Origin: Paraspadella gotoi
Lineage: Eukaryota; Animalia; Chaetognatha
NCBI GenBank assembly: GCA_051294375.1
Contig: CM119267.1
Span: forward strand, 10,725,045 to 10,789,044
Direction of reading: 5' to 3'
Length of the DNA: 64,000 bases
In this document: piece by piece, positions 23,532-36,240 of the stretch
Position numbering within the stretch: the stretch's first letter is position 1
Layout of the letters: each line of letters opens with the position of its first letter
Notes under the pieces: generated by a model
The model's input: only the letters and a program-made list of their open reading frames with translations
What the model was told of the DNA's origin: nothing
The model's database searches: none
Program-made: the position numbers and the translations under genes

Positions 23532-25279
23532 GAGGAAAATCGTCGAAATGAAACTTTAAAAGAAAACGTCAAAGGCGGGCGAAATGTTCTTCGATCACGA
23601 ATATTGAAGGTTTCAATTAAAGCACGTTTATGTCCAACACACGTAAGGAAACCGGTTTGCCAAATTCAGGTTTTTCTCGCTTCGATTTATTCTCTATCAA
23701 ATCGATTCGCCTTAGATCAAGATGATAAATATTTTCATCGGAGAGAGGTTATTCAACGACAGAGTGATTAAAACGTCCCGATCATCAGTTGATGTTTGTC
23801 TCTTTTCTCAAGCGAAATAGTTTCAAATACAAGACCGGTCTTTTGGTCATGCGTCGCCTGTGAAACAAGGGAACATCAAGTCTAAAACTTTTACGTTATC
23901 ATTATCGTAATTCAATAAGAAGATAATCCCGTGCCATATCATTATTAAGAGTCTGAATATATTGTGCTTATGAAAATAATGATTTAGAAAGCTACGAGAA
24001 AAAAATGTAAAGACCCATTGTAGCAAAATTCTTTGTAGATTTCTGTAGATGACTTGAAATTTTTAGGACAAAAATTGTTTTGAAAATGGTGATTCCCCTA
24101 AATTAGAAATACAAAATAATAACACGAAAATAACTACATTGGCAATGTATATGAGAAATTTTGCGTGATAAAATTGAATCATGCCCCATCCATGGTAGTA
24201 ATTCCCTGCTAAGTTAATAGCATGCGCAAAAACAATTACCGCCTTAAATATTAATTTGACGAAAACAAATGACAACATAGAGAGGACAATATTTAAATTT
24301 TTTTTCGGAGACGAAGTGTAAAAAATACCCGTCATACTGACAAATGGCAAGAATTTCAACTGTTAAGACGATGAAGATGAAATAAATTAAAAAGCCTTAA
24401 ATGCGTACTTTTTAAGTTAAAAAAATATGATAAAAGGAAGAAAAAAAAAACTTTAAATTTTGTCATAAAAATGTTGAAATAAAAAAATATGCGAAACTCT
24501 GCCATAATAAATTTATAATTGGTTACAATTGATAATCGTTAGTTATTCATGATTATAGATACTTTCAAAATTCAAATTGGGGGGAAATAATGGAGATAAT
24601 GGTGATAAAAATTCCAAGCGTTAGACAAACAAACCTAAAATAAATCACCGCTTATGAGCTGTGATTTATATATTTTTTTTGTTTATTTGAAATTTCCAGT
24701 GCCCACGAAAGGATTTAACCGTTAAAGCAAGCGTCTCAATTTCATTTATTTCGCTATAAATTAAATAGAGTGACTAGGGGGAAACTTCCTGCCAACGAAT
24801 TAATTAATTTACTAATTTTAATGCACCGTCAAAGAGAAAATATGAAGTAACTACATGATGACCACGTAATAAATATAAGATGTTCAAATACTGATCCCCC
24901 CCGCAAACAGTTATTAATAAGCATTGAATGATTATGATAAACACCTTTAAGCTAAATAATTATTTTAAAATTACTTTTTCCATTCCGAAAATTAGTTTAT
25001 TTAATTATATTTTTTTTTAAATTTAAGAGAAAAGAGAGTGGGTATACATTGACATTTTGAACCACATTATACATATTTTGTGAAGATAATATCTATCGTT
25101 AGCTTACGGTTTTTAAAAAAATATATAAACAGAGGCGGTTGGAAAGCAATTCATGTAGCAAAGACGGGAATCGATGCATGCATACCAAACGAACAATGTC
25201 AGCATCTTCGCTAAAGAGAACATCAAATTTTAAAGAAGTAAAAGTAGCGAAAAACATAGCTAAGTCTTGTACTATGTTA

Positions 25280-27044
25280 CACTGCGGCGCAAAAAAAAAA
25301 AAAAAAAATAACACAAAAAGTAGCCACTATTTCCCATTTTAATTTTGAAAAAATATACATAAAAAGTATAGCTTTTTTAAAAAGCTATCGATTGGTGCAA
25401 AATTTTTTTAATTGGTTCCGGCAGTAAAATATAGCAATACTTTAAAGTCTGAATCTCAAAACGGAATTGGGAAAAAGTTATTTCCATAGGTTAGCGTTGA
25501 TGACACTTCTTTTTCTGACTGATGTTTACTATATAGAATTGAAAATCATAATAGAATTAAATACATAAAAGGGTTGGCAAAAAATTTTCTTTACTTTTAT
25601 AAAAAAAATTTTTTTCATTATTGCAAATATAATATTTTAATAATAAATACTAACATCAACGTAATAGACCTATAGACAAAAATAAACAATTTAGTTTTAA
25701 TATAATTGTGAAAATTTATATTAGTCTGCTTCAACACGAGATGCTATAAGGAAAAAAACTTAAATGTGAAAAAGCGTTGAAAATAACCTTGAGTAAATTA
25801 TAACTTAAGTGCTTTTTTTTTACTTTTAAAAGATTATTTTTCCAAATCTATAGTTTCCCCACTTATTTCAATTTGATTTAGGTTAAACATTTTTTTTTTC
25901 TGAAAAGAAAACAGAGCAAACAAATAATTGCGGGAATGGTACCAAAAATATCTTATGTCAACAATAAACGAGAACAAAAAAGGGGAAGATAAAAAGGAAA
26001 AAGAAGAAGAGATCGGGAGACAAAGTCAAGCAACTCCGTCCACATGAGGCGGCAACTCAATCACGGGACTTCGGGAAGCGAGCAGATCCCCGTTCTTCCC
26101 CGTTAAAAAATGGTTGATTCAAGTCCTTAAAGAAAGAAATCAACAGGCAGCAGCATAAGCAGCAAGATAAAAGAGAAAAAGAGAGAGCCCCTGCAGAGCC
26201 AGCTGCAGACTCAGAAGGCAGCAGCAGAAGCAGCAGGAAAAAAAAGAGAAAAAGAAAGAGCCCCTGCAGAGCCAGCTGCAGATTCGTTTTTTCCCCGATG
26301 AATCAGCACTGGGGAAAAGAGAGAGAGAGAGCTACATATATTTAAAAGAGAAAAAAGAGAGAGAAGGAAACATAAAAATAAAAGAAAGGAAATTTGTTTG
26401 TTTTGTTAAAACGTAAACAAAACATATAATAACTGTCCTGACCTAATTTTAAGCACATGATTATGAGAAGCTGTATATAAATTTTCAGCTTCATACACCC
26501 AAATTTAATCATAAAAAAGGTGATCTATAATTTGGAACGCCGACGTTTCAATATCATCGCAAACGCTAAGCGATTGCGACGATAAAAATTTCACTTTATG
26601 GCAACAGCCGGGTTGCCTGTGATGCCATTGGGATGGGCATCTCACTGTTGGCTTTAGGGGCTTTCCGACCCTCAGTGACGCCTCCTGTCACTGGCGCGGT
26701 TACCCTAGGACGGGTCTCGCTTGCCACGCAGAGGGAAGTCGTTAGGACTGTGGATGGAACACTACGCCTGGGATGGTGTGTTCCCCTCTGAGCCAATGGA
26801 TTTGGCTGAACGATGGTGGACGTGAGGCGGTGTGAATATACCGCCACAACTTCAGATTTTTTTTACCAATCGTGTTTGACGTCCTATAACTTTTGAACGC
26901 GTTGATCGATTTTAATAGAACTTAGGACAATCGCTTCATCTTTCAATAAACTTTATTAATGTTTCAACATCTCTGTTAAATTCGGCAATCCAATGCGGTT
27001 TTTTCGGTGTGAAAAAAGAAGCTACTTTTTTTTGCGCCGCAGTG
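25280..27044. mobile_element. Tc1/mariner-type non-autonomous element (~1.77 kb)
   Basis: TIR CACTGCGGCGCAAAAAAAA at 25280 and its reverse complement ending 27044. Both ends are flanked by TA (25278-9, 27045-6). Confidence 0.8.
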
Positions 27045-27226
27045 TAGTAACTACATCTTTCAACTATGTATAAGTTGTATAACCTAAAACCTTAAACGGA
27101 CCCTAATAGACAGGATCTCCAACGAATTAACGAAGAGGGAGCGGGATATATTTTTTCACATGCGATTTTTTCCCATTTTCCTTCGTAAATTATGCTTGTA
27201 CTCAGAGTGATAAGAGATGTACGTAT

Positions 27227-30200
27227 TTAATTCGGCCACTTCATGTTCCTTTTTTCTTTTGCTCGCGCGTTTTGAAACCAGACATTGACCACTCTGACAT
27301 GTACCCCGATCTTCGCCGCTATTTCCGCGACCCGCATGGCGTTGGGATACTTGTCAACGTCGTAGTAGGCTTTGAGAACCGCTACTTGCTCGTCCGTGAA
27401 TTGAGTTCTGTTCCGGAAGAGATTTGACATGTCCATAGAGCCCGAGGCCCATGCGGGAGTGCTGGAGAAGGACTGAGCGATGCCCGGTAGCTGGTTGCTG
27501 GGGCCGGCCGTGTTGTACCCGCTGGGTCCGTGAAAACCACTATTCATGAACGAGTTTATTTTACCGGGGCCACCTCCCAAAGCGTTGGCGAAGATCCCAT
27601 TGAGAAAACCCGAAGAACCAGGTCCGGCGCAGTTGTTGCCGAAGGCTTCTCTTAAGCGGCCGAGATGCAGCATGTCCAATCCAGGATTGCCGCCTCCGCT
27701 GCCAGCTCCCCCCATATCCCCGAGGCTGGCGGTCATTCGGGCCAAGTCCATTGAGTTATTGGAAGAGTCGGTGGATTCGCCATGTTGCGAGGGGTTCAGA
27801 GAAACGGGTTTCGTTTCTATAACTTCGCAACGATGGTTACTGTCCTCATCACCGGAATTTATAGTGTCTCCGTTTCTAGTGGAATCGCATTCGTTTTTTC
27901 CTGCAGAAGGTCCCTGCTCCTGATGTTCCTCCTTGACCTAAAAACAATTTGAATGCTTACATAATTGCAACGTTAAAAAGAAGCCCAAAACGAGGCAAGG
28001 GAATCTATTGCTACGCCGTGTCCGTTCCCGAGTGACACCAAACAAATCTTGACTATACTTTAAATATTTAATAAACATAATTCATAAGTATATCATTGGT
28101 AGACCTTGCCATATATGAAAAGTTTTGAAATCAAAAAACGAGTATTGTGTAAAAGGTGCCCATACATCATATGAATTTTTTGAACATTTTTTTTAAAAAA
28201 AATTTTACAGTAAATGCTGCCAACTTTGAAAAAAATGAAAAAAAATGGTAAAAAATGGACTTTTTGCTAAATATCTTTAAAAGCTTTATTGCTAGAGGGA
28301 CGAAACCCAAACTATCTTGTAGAGTGGAAAAAATTGACTATGTTTCATACCTCGCATTATAAATTAAGTTAGTTTTTTACTAAGGAAAACTTTTTTAAAA
28401 CCAATTGTTTTGGTCAATTTTTGATAAAATTTTTAAAAAATGATATTTTTAACAATGTTCGTGAAATATTTTGTAAAAATAATTCTGGCGAATTGAATAA
28501 AGAAATAATTGCCTTTGTTTTGCTGAAAGAATTTTTAAAAAAGGATTATTGGTTAAAAAGTTATAATAAAATTTTTTTAAATTTAAAAAAAATCACTTTT
28601 CTTAAATAATTATTTTTATTTAATAGGTTTGAACTAGGCTAAAGGGAAAAAGGGAATGCACTTTTTTCAGAGTAAATAAAAAATAGTAAATTCTGATTTG
28701 ACATGGTAACTTGAATATTTTGCTCACCAGGTCATTAAAGTTTTTTTTAAATTTTATCATTATAATGGAATTATGACTTTTAAATAAGGTAGTTTTTTAA
28801 ATTTTTTTCTATATAAAGAAAAAGAAAAATTGACAAAAGCGATTAAATGATTAAAAATTGATAAAATGAGACAAAAAAAGCAACTGAGAGAAGAGTTGCT
28901 TGCTGCTTACCGATCGAGAAAAAAAAAGTCATCAGAGTGCCAAAAGAATAAAAACTAGTTATTCTATTTTTTTCATAAATTACCTTTGTCAACATAGTTC
29001 TCCAGAACTGAGTTGAATTTAATTTGTGTTAAAATATATTCTTAATCAAAAGTTGTAAAAGACTTAGAAAAATATATTAAGCTTGCTTGATAAATTTAAG
29101 AATAGATCCGATTGTTGATAAATTCATCAACTATAAAAGATATGAAATTAATAAAAATCAAAGATGAATTAAAAATTATAATTTTAAAACTAAATCGACT
29201 ATTTACAATAGACTTAATTATTAACTTTAAATCATGAATAGATAACAAAAAAACAGAATAACTAGTTTTCTTCTTTGGCACTAAACCTTTTTTTTCTCGA
29301 CCGGCAAGCAGCAAGCAACTCTTTTCTCAGTTATTTAACTTTCATTAATTTTACTCTTTTTGCTCATTTTATCAATTTTTAATCATCTAATCGCTTTTGT
29401 CAATTTTTCTTTTTCTTTTATATAGAAAAAATTTAAAAAACTACCTTATTTAACCAGTCATAATTCTATTATAAAATGATAAAAATTAAAAAAAACTTGA
29501 CCTGGTGAGACAATTCAATTCGCCATAATTTTTTTTACAAAATATTTCACGAACATTGTTAAAAATATCATTTTTTAAAAATTTTATCAAAAATTGACCA
29601 AAACAATAGGTTTTAAAAAAATTTTCCTTAGTAAAAAACTAACTTTAATTTATAATACGAGGTATGAAACAGTCAATTTTTTCCACTCTACAAGATAATT
29701 TGGGTTTCGTCCCTCTAGCAAAAGATATTTAGCAAAAAAGTCCATTTTTTACCATTTTTTTTCATTTTTTTCAAAGTTGGCAGCATTTACTGTAAATTTT
29801 TTTTATTTAAATGTTCAAAAAATTCATATGATGTATGGGCACCTTTTACACAATACTCGTTTTTTGATTTCAAAACTTTTCATATATGGAAAACTACTTG
29901 ACGTTTTCTATATATAAGTTTCATTTTGTGTTTAATTCATTTATTATTCTTTGTTTAATTTTTTATCTAACACAGTAAAATTGGCAAAAAAAGACCATTT
30001 TAGGCGTGTTCTTGATTGAATTTTAAAAAAAAATTATATCATAAGAAATCCCTATTAATCCCAGTAGCGTATCTGAATATTGTAATGTTGATATTTTATT
30101 AATTTGATATATTATTTATTTTTTTAGTTGTAAATCTTAAGTTTTCTTAAGTTTTCTTTATGCAGAGAAATGGCAGGCAATAAACAATATAACAATAAGG

Positions 30201-32008
30201 AGTTTGATGTTTGTTTCTTGAAGGTAAGTTGAAGAGTGATCATGTTCCCTCTCTCGTTTCTCTGCCGTCGGTTTCCTGAGGGAAGCCTCCTCTCTGATTG
30301 GTCAATCAGAAGAAAAGACGGAGAAGAAAAGACGGAGAAGCCAAGAGAGACAAGCCACTTGATAATCCATTCTCTGCGTTTATACAATTTGTCCAATTAG
30401 AAAAAAATGCTGTCCTGATCATGTTCTTGACTGGTTTGAAAAATTATTTTATATCGTAAGGATTCCCAGATAATTCTTAATTTAATGGTGTAAATGAATT
30501 TTAATAATTTTAAGTATTTAATGAATAATTAATTTATAATGATTTTCTTTTTTTAAAAGATTCAGTTTTTTACTGTAGATAAAATTGGATGACCATTAAA
30601 GAAAAGTTGTTTTACATAAGTAAATATCAAATTAATCTTATGAAATTAAAATATAATAAACGTCAAGTACTTTGCTACAGAATGAGGAAAAAAATTTAAA
30701 AAAATATTTATCCAATGAGAAATGGTACGCATTTTTTTGGTGTCACTCGCGAACGGACACGGGGTATATTATAATCATGACGAAAAAAAACTTTTTTAAG
30801 GCTATGGTACTGTTACGAATTCCCAAACATGAATAAAAATTAATTGATATAAACTAAGTCGGTGAAGACACTGAAAGAAATTCTAATCAAATAAGTAAAT
30901 CAGTTTCTTAATAACTAAATAAGACATTTTTTACGGCTTACTTTGACGGCATCGGCTAAAATGGAATCCAGCGCCGACGCCGGAAGCTCAGACATCAAGG
31001 CCGCGGCTTCCTCATCGGTTCCACCAGAACCCGACGCGTTTGGCTGAGGAACGGATTGACTTTTCTCGTTGGGACAAGAGATTTTGGCCGGGGTTGCATT
31101 TTCCGACACTTCACTAAAAAGACAACGGAAGGGTGAATCACCACATCGTCTTTAATTAAAACAAGTTATAACATGTTTGTAAGCTTTCGTGGTCCTCAGT
31201 CTATAAGAGCAAAAATTGTTAAACGCTCCATTGACGCTACACGTTCAACAATTCGCACTTCGAGTAACAACCAGAATCCGACCTGTTACTGTTGGAAGCA
31301 GCACGCTTTCTGGGCCATTGCATTGATTCGGCAGCGGAGGTGACAACGGTAACGTCGCCGCCGCTGGAGGTGGGTGCTGCCATCGGGGATGGGGAAGAAC
31401 GACAGGAAAGTCCGGCGGCGGCAGCAGCAGCAGCCGCTTCGGGTCGGGAAGTGGAATGAGATGTCACTTCATTCATGGAAGCCAAAGATTGGTTCGTTGT
31501 CAAAGATGGTGTCGAGCTCATGTGAGACGTCTAAAAGATAAAATAAACAATTGATTAATCTTTATTTTATTCCTGAAGTTAGTGTTTTAAGAACCTTTTG
31601 CTGCTGTTGCTGTTGTTGTTGTCGTTGAAAAATAGCGTCCAGGTTTGGAAAGGGCGGATAAGGCTTTCCACGAATGAGCTGTTTGGAAGGATCTATCGCG
31701 CATTCGACGTCACCGGGACATGGGTGAAGACCTGACGTGAGGAACTCTTCCTTGAGATGCCGATTGCCCGCCCATTGTCGACCTTCTGACGTTTCCACGA
31801 GTATAAAAACGTTAGCGTCTGTAACGTTCGAGAGTTTCAACGCTGATTCCAAAAGAACTGAAAGAATAAAAGCAGATTGCGATTTATTTTCCGATAATAT
31901 GCGTTTCCTAATCCTAAATAAGACGGTTGTACCTCCTGTAAAGGCCGATTCCATGGATTGAAGATGACTGACGAGGCCGAGAAGCGAGGCCGCAGTCGTA
32001 GCCGCCAT
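27227..32008 (-). CDS. Homeodomain protein (ZFHX/LIM-like WFQNARAK homeodomain) with N-terminal MADS-like segment, ~522 aa, 4 exons
   Basis: Exons 32008-31595, 31530-31259, 31113-30942 and 27937-27227 splice in frame (phases 0, 2, 0). C-terminal homeodomain RNRTQFTDEQVAVLKAYY..DKYP...IAAKIGVHVRVVNVWFQNARAKEKR. Confidence 0.82.
28014..30764. mobile_element. Tc1/mariner-type MITE in the homeobox intron (hosts foldback copy 2)
   Basis: ~34-bp TIRs C(G/C)CCGTGTCCGTTC(C/G)CGAGTGACACCAAA, flanked by TA at 28012-3 and 30765-6. Confidence 0.8.
28099..29897. mobile_element. Foldback-like palindromic element, copy 2 (inverted relative to copy 1, with a deletion in one arm)
   Basis: Near-identical to 19806-21828, and its central spacer is the reverse complement of copy 1's. 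About 250 bp are missing near 29510. Begins GTAGACCTTGCCATATATG, with a possible TTG duplication at the flanks. Confidence 0.9.
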
Positions 32009-32089
32009 TTTTTTTTCAGTTAACTTTATTATCCACAAAAATAAATCCCTAATTATGTAAATAAGTCAATTGAATTAAAAAAAGACTAA

Positions 32090-34774
32090 TTAATCACTTT
32101 TATACGACTTCTTCGCGTAAAAACAATATTGAAAAACGCAGCTAAAACCCGCGATAAACCAAAGGAAGAGATCGTAATAATAGCATCTATATAGCGAATG
32201 CTCCGTGGTAAAGAAGATAAGAAAGAAAAGAGTCAACGCCGATATCTTTGTTCCTTCAGATGCCCAGATGAATTCTACGTCGCTGGAGTCAAAGTGCAAG
32301 GTGGTCCACATTAATATTCCCAAACACGTATGCGGTGTGTTCAAATTTGAAACAATATTCTCAACAAAGTAGGCCATGTTAAATCTTGTTTCCAGCAAAT
32401 TCTTTAGCAAAACGAAAAGACTTGGAAAATTCAAAACAAATAAGAACAACCGACTTAAGGTTGACATTGCATTCATATTGAAGGAGAATTTTTCCACTTG
32501 ACCTTTCAACCTCCAGCACATCCATGCATAGCACATCAAATGAGTGAGCGAAACATTTATAACCGGCGAAATGATAAAAAAAGATGACCCCAGGAAGTAG
32601 AAAGTGTTCTTAACGAGGTGGTTTTCTTTAAATAGATAAGAACACCAAATCAGAATATTTTTGACGATTTTATTCAGTTGGCCAAATAAAAGCGCAACGC
32701 TTATCACCACCGAGCCAGAAATCAAGAAATTTAAGGAAGGAATACATACGCTCCAAGTTCCCAAGTAGTATAATTGGATGGCATCGATTACAAGCCTTGC
32801 CTGTTCCGTTTCCTCCATAAGATTAAACGCCAAGATAACTATCGATGACATAAATGTCTTGGAAAAGGCAGCTCCCACAATTGTCAATCCTAAAACTTTC
32901 CACATTACAGTTGGTTTCTCGAGTTCATGTTGACACAACCCAAGGCTCAGAGAGAAAAGACAAATAGACAAATAGCCATACAGTATAAGGCTAACCCCAT
33001 TAAATCTAAAATATTGTCCAAGACTATGGTAAAGACTCCATCGAATATTCACGTGAAATTTAAACTTGGATGTCTTGTAAAGAGTCAGAAGTGGATTTCG
33101 ATTGAACGATCGCATAGGCGGTGTGGAAAGCAATAACACCATTTCCTCTGTGGGTTCGGGAACTCTGCAGTCGTACGCGTAAAAAATATCGTCATTGGCC
33201 CAAGGGATCCACAATCTGACGTAAACAGTATGATCAATAGTTTCGTCAAGGCACAGTCCGTCATCATCGTCAACGACCAAATTAAGGACATAAGCGTGAA
33301 AATGAGTCAAGAAACTCGCCATTTCGATGCGAAGGATGTTTTCGTGAAAACCAAATTCGACGGGGAAATTGGAAGAACAGCAAGAATGCATTAAACTGTC
33401 GTTGCCCGCGGTAGTTAACGACAAAAGAGCCGAACTGGCTTCGGATCTCTTCCGGACCGGAGGAAGTTTTACCACGACATTTTGTAAAGAGTCATAATCG
33501 GCTAGGTCGAGGGAGAACGCTTTGACACGCCCGCCAACCAAAACGAGATTCGAGGGTGCGACCGAGTCGCAATCCATTGAGACGTCCATTTCATCCGATG
33601 GACAAACGAGAATCAAATCCCCATCGAGAATATTTGTCACGACCGTCAGGAGTTGGCCATGAGCGCGCAAAAATTCCACGCGAGATGAATAGAATTTGGC
33701 TTTTTTAGTTACGCCGTAATCACGAAGAAACCAGAAAGGCAGAGAAATAGATGCCTCGTCTGCTTTTTTGATGTGACGTATTTTCACGGGATCTAAATTC
33801 GGTGTAAGGAAGTGTCCGTAGAGAATTTGCGCCCTTTTCTGGGAGTTGGAGATCAGAGAACGGGTGGTGTTCTCGTCGACTAATTGGAACATGGAACGGA
33901 CAGTGGCTAGAATTAATTGTTTGCACCAAACGACGCAGAGATGATCCGTGGATGCCCAGACCCAGGGTATTCCGGAGGTTGAGGCGGACAAACTACCCTT
34001 AGCCACTTCGATCCCGTCCAAAGAGGCGAGAAAATCGGTGATAATGACATCTCTTCTTCCGCCAGAGACGGAGACGACGGGGGTTTTGAAAAGTTTGATT
34101 CGCCTCTCGTTCGCTTCCATCGTCCGGTAAAAGGCGGCAGTCTCGGCGTCCAAAGCGATGACGGGCGCGCGATGTGGCGTTGCCTGAGTGTAGATCAGGG
34201 AGACGACGTCCCCAAAGCCGTTGGCGAGGACGGAGCGAGCCACGACTCCGCCCATAGAATGGCCAACCAGGACGATGGATCTTTCTTCGCGGTACAAAGA
34301 TTGAAGAATGTGTTTCACGACGGCCTCCGTGAATTCGGTCTGCTTCCAAAGTAGATTCCCGACGAGCCCGCTGAGTTCCTCGTTAAAATCCACGCTGAAG
34401 TAGTCGAACCAGATTCTGAGATTGACGTCCTCTGATTTTCTCAAAGAAACGGAACCCAAAGAACGGACCTGGCGATAACTCCCCCCGTTACCAGGCAAAA
34501 AAAGTACGGGAATGCCGAAGAACTCGCCCCGACGAACACGGGCGTTGTACCTGCCTTCGCTGTAAGCATAGAGGCCGTACTGGGAAAAACGCTTTCTTAA
34601 AGGTTCGGGCAAGTCTAATTTGGTGTAGGTCGGATATTCGAACATATAAGTCATTTCGCATTTATTCGGCCCAACGTCGAGGAAATAATTATATAGTCCA
34701 ATAGATAATGTCGTAATGGCGAAAAACACTGCCAAAAGCGGGCAAAGGGTGTCCAGTTTTTTTCTTCCGGACAT
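32090..34774 (-). CDS. PGAP1: GPI inositol-deacylase (single coding exon)
   Basis: N-terminal TM, NKCEMTYMFEYP, PVLFLPGNGGSYRQVRSLGS, lipase motif VGHSMGG, TDHLCVVWCKQL, and multiple C-terminal TM helices. Confidence 0.95.
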   Translation of the reverse strand: MSGRKKLDTLCPLLAVFFAITTLSIGLYNYFLDVGPNKCEMTYMFEYPTYTKLDLPEPLRKRFSQYGLYAYSEGRYNARVRRGEFFGIPVLFLPGNGGSYRQVRSLGSVSLRKSEDVNLRIWFDYFSVDFNEELSGLVGNLLWKQTEFTEAVVKHILQSLYREERSIVLVGHSMGGVVARSVLANGFGDVVSLIYTQATPHRAPVIALDAETAAFYRTMEANERRIKLFKTPVVSVSGGRRDVIITDFLASLDGIEVAKGSLSASTSGIPWVWASTDHLCVVWCKQLILATVRSMFQLVDENTTRSLISNSQKRAQILYGHFLTPNLDPVKIRHIKKADEASISLPFWFLRDYGVTKKAKFYSSRVEFLRAHGQLLTVVTNILDGDLILVCPSDEMDVSMDCDSVAPSNLVLVGGRVKAFSLDLADYDSLQNVVVKLPPVRKRSEASSALLSLTTAGNDSLMHSCCSSNFPVEFGFHENILRIEMASFLTHFHAYVLNLVVDDDDGLCLDETIDHTVYVRLWIPWANDDIFYAYDCRVPEPTEEMVLLLSTPPMRSFNRNPLLTLYKTSKFKFHVNIRWSLYHSLGQYFRFNGVSLILYGYLSICLFSLSLGLCQHELEKPTVMWKVLGLTIVGAAFSKTFMSSIVILAFNLMEETEQARLVIDAIQLYYLGTWSVCIPSLNFLISGSVVISVALLFGQLNKIVKNILIWCSYLFKENHLVKNTFYFLGSSFFIISPVINVSLTHLMCYAWMCWRLKGQVEKFSFNMNAMSTLSRLFLFVLNFPSLFVLLKNLLETRFNMAYFVENIVSNLNTPHTCLGILMWTTLHFDSSDVEFIWASEGTKISALTLFFLIFFTTEHSLYRCYYYDLFLWFIAGFSCVFQYCFYAKKSYKSD

Positions 34775-35660
34775 TTTTCCAGTTTATTCAGTTTCCCCTT
34801 CTACAATCGAAGATAATGCCTAATTAGCAATGAGTAGAATGCGATGGTAGATTTAATAAAATTAGTTATACAGAAGGGCACATGCAAACAAAACTACGAG
34901 AATTTTGTTCATGAGTAAACGTGTTCAACAAAAAAGTTAACAACAACAACAGGGTATAGAAGACAATTTATCGCTTACTGTATGCCATTATTAAAATAGC
35001 TTTTAAAAGGCTTTGACAAAGTAAGCAAATATTTTATAATCCTGACCAAGAGCTAATAATGATTTATACTGACTTATGATGGAGTATATTTCTGCATTAT
35101 AGCGAATGACTAATATCTGCGATTAAATTGCTAAAACTATCCCAAATTTTTGACGGCATGCTTTTACTAAAACTAAAAAGTCCCTATTAACAATAGTGTG
35201 TTATGAAGTGCTTTTTTATTATTTTTATACGTTTTATAGAGGGGTAACTAGCTTGGAACAGTTGGCATAAGTAGACAACTTTAATAGTGATAATACTACT
35301 TTTTTGGGGTTTTACTCTGAGGGCTGTTTGTTCCACTCTTTAAAATGATCACTAGGCGTTTAAAGTATGAAAAATATGAGATGTTTTTTTATACTTTAAT
35401 TCTTAATTGGTTTAATAATAATTAATTTTTAAAAAAAATTTATAAAATCTGTTATCTACCTTTTTTGAAATAAAAATTATTGTTAAATAATATATATTAA
35501 AAAAAAGATCAATAATCAATAAATAGCAAAGTAAAAGTCAGATGCAACTAAAATAAACTAAACTTATAAATTACATTCATTATATGAAAAAAAAAAATTT
35601 TTAAAGAGGTATCTTCTGCAAAAAAATAAAACCTTCCTTCATTTTTTCACCCGTTAGCTG

Positions 35661-36240
35661 AAAAACAAGTTTGAGCAAACAATGCCGGATCTGCCCACGA
35701 TCATTAGGGGTAAACAACTGATCAGATAATTAATAAATAAATTAAATGATTAATTTTTTTTTATTCACGTCAAAATCGTTTGCCACTTTGACTCTCTTCT
35801 CAATCACAAAACAACAATCTCGATTACAAAAGTAATAAATTAATCAAATACAAAAAAAAATAATTAATTAATTACTAATAATTAATAATTCATTAATTCA
35901 GCTTGAATTTACATTTTATATAAAGAGAAAAAAGCATAATCAAATAGTGAAATAGATTTTTTGTTTTTTTCCATTTAAACTCATTTCCACTCGGACAATT
36001 CCATCGAAATTTGATTTCAAGCTTAATCACACACTTTCCTACCCACATACAAAATTGCTCCATCCATTCATGAGCAATTAGCGTTCAAAGCTAAGGGGGG
36101 ACGGACGGACGGGTGGACGGAAATTTTCTATAATTCATGTTCTGAGATGATATAAGTGACTTGCCGACAAAATGGTGGCAACCGACACACGACAAAGTGA
36201 ATTATAGAGCCGAGATCTGCTGTAAGAAGATCAGGAATAA
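35661..36240 (-). mobile_element. Helentron-associated (HINE/DINE-1-like) element, family A, copy 2
   Basis: Same AAACAAGTTTGAGCAAACAATG.CGGATCTGCC end, internal CATTTAAACTCATTTCCACTCG module, (GGAC)n tract and degenerate terminal hairpin as 18813-22186. Confidence 0.8.

Noticed and set aside
28421-29314. ORFs inside the foldback element
   Set aside because: Short AT-rich chance ORFs with no transposase motifs.
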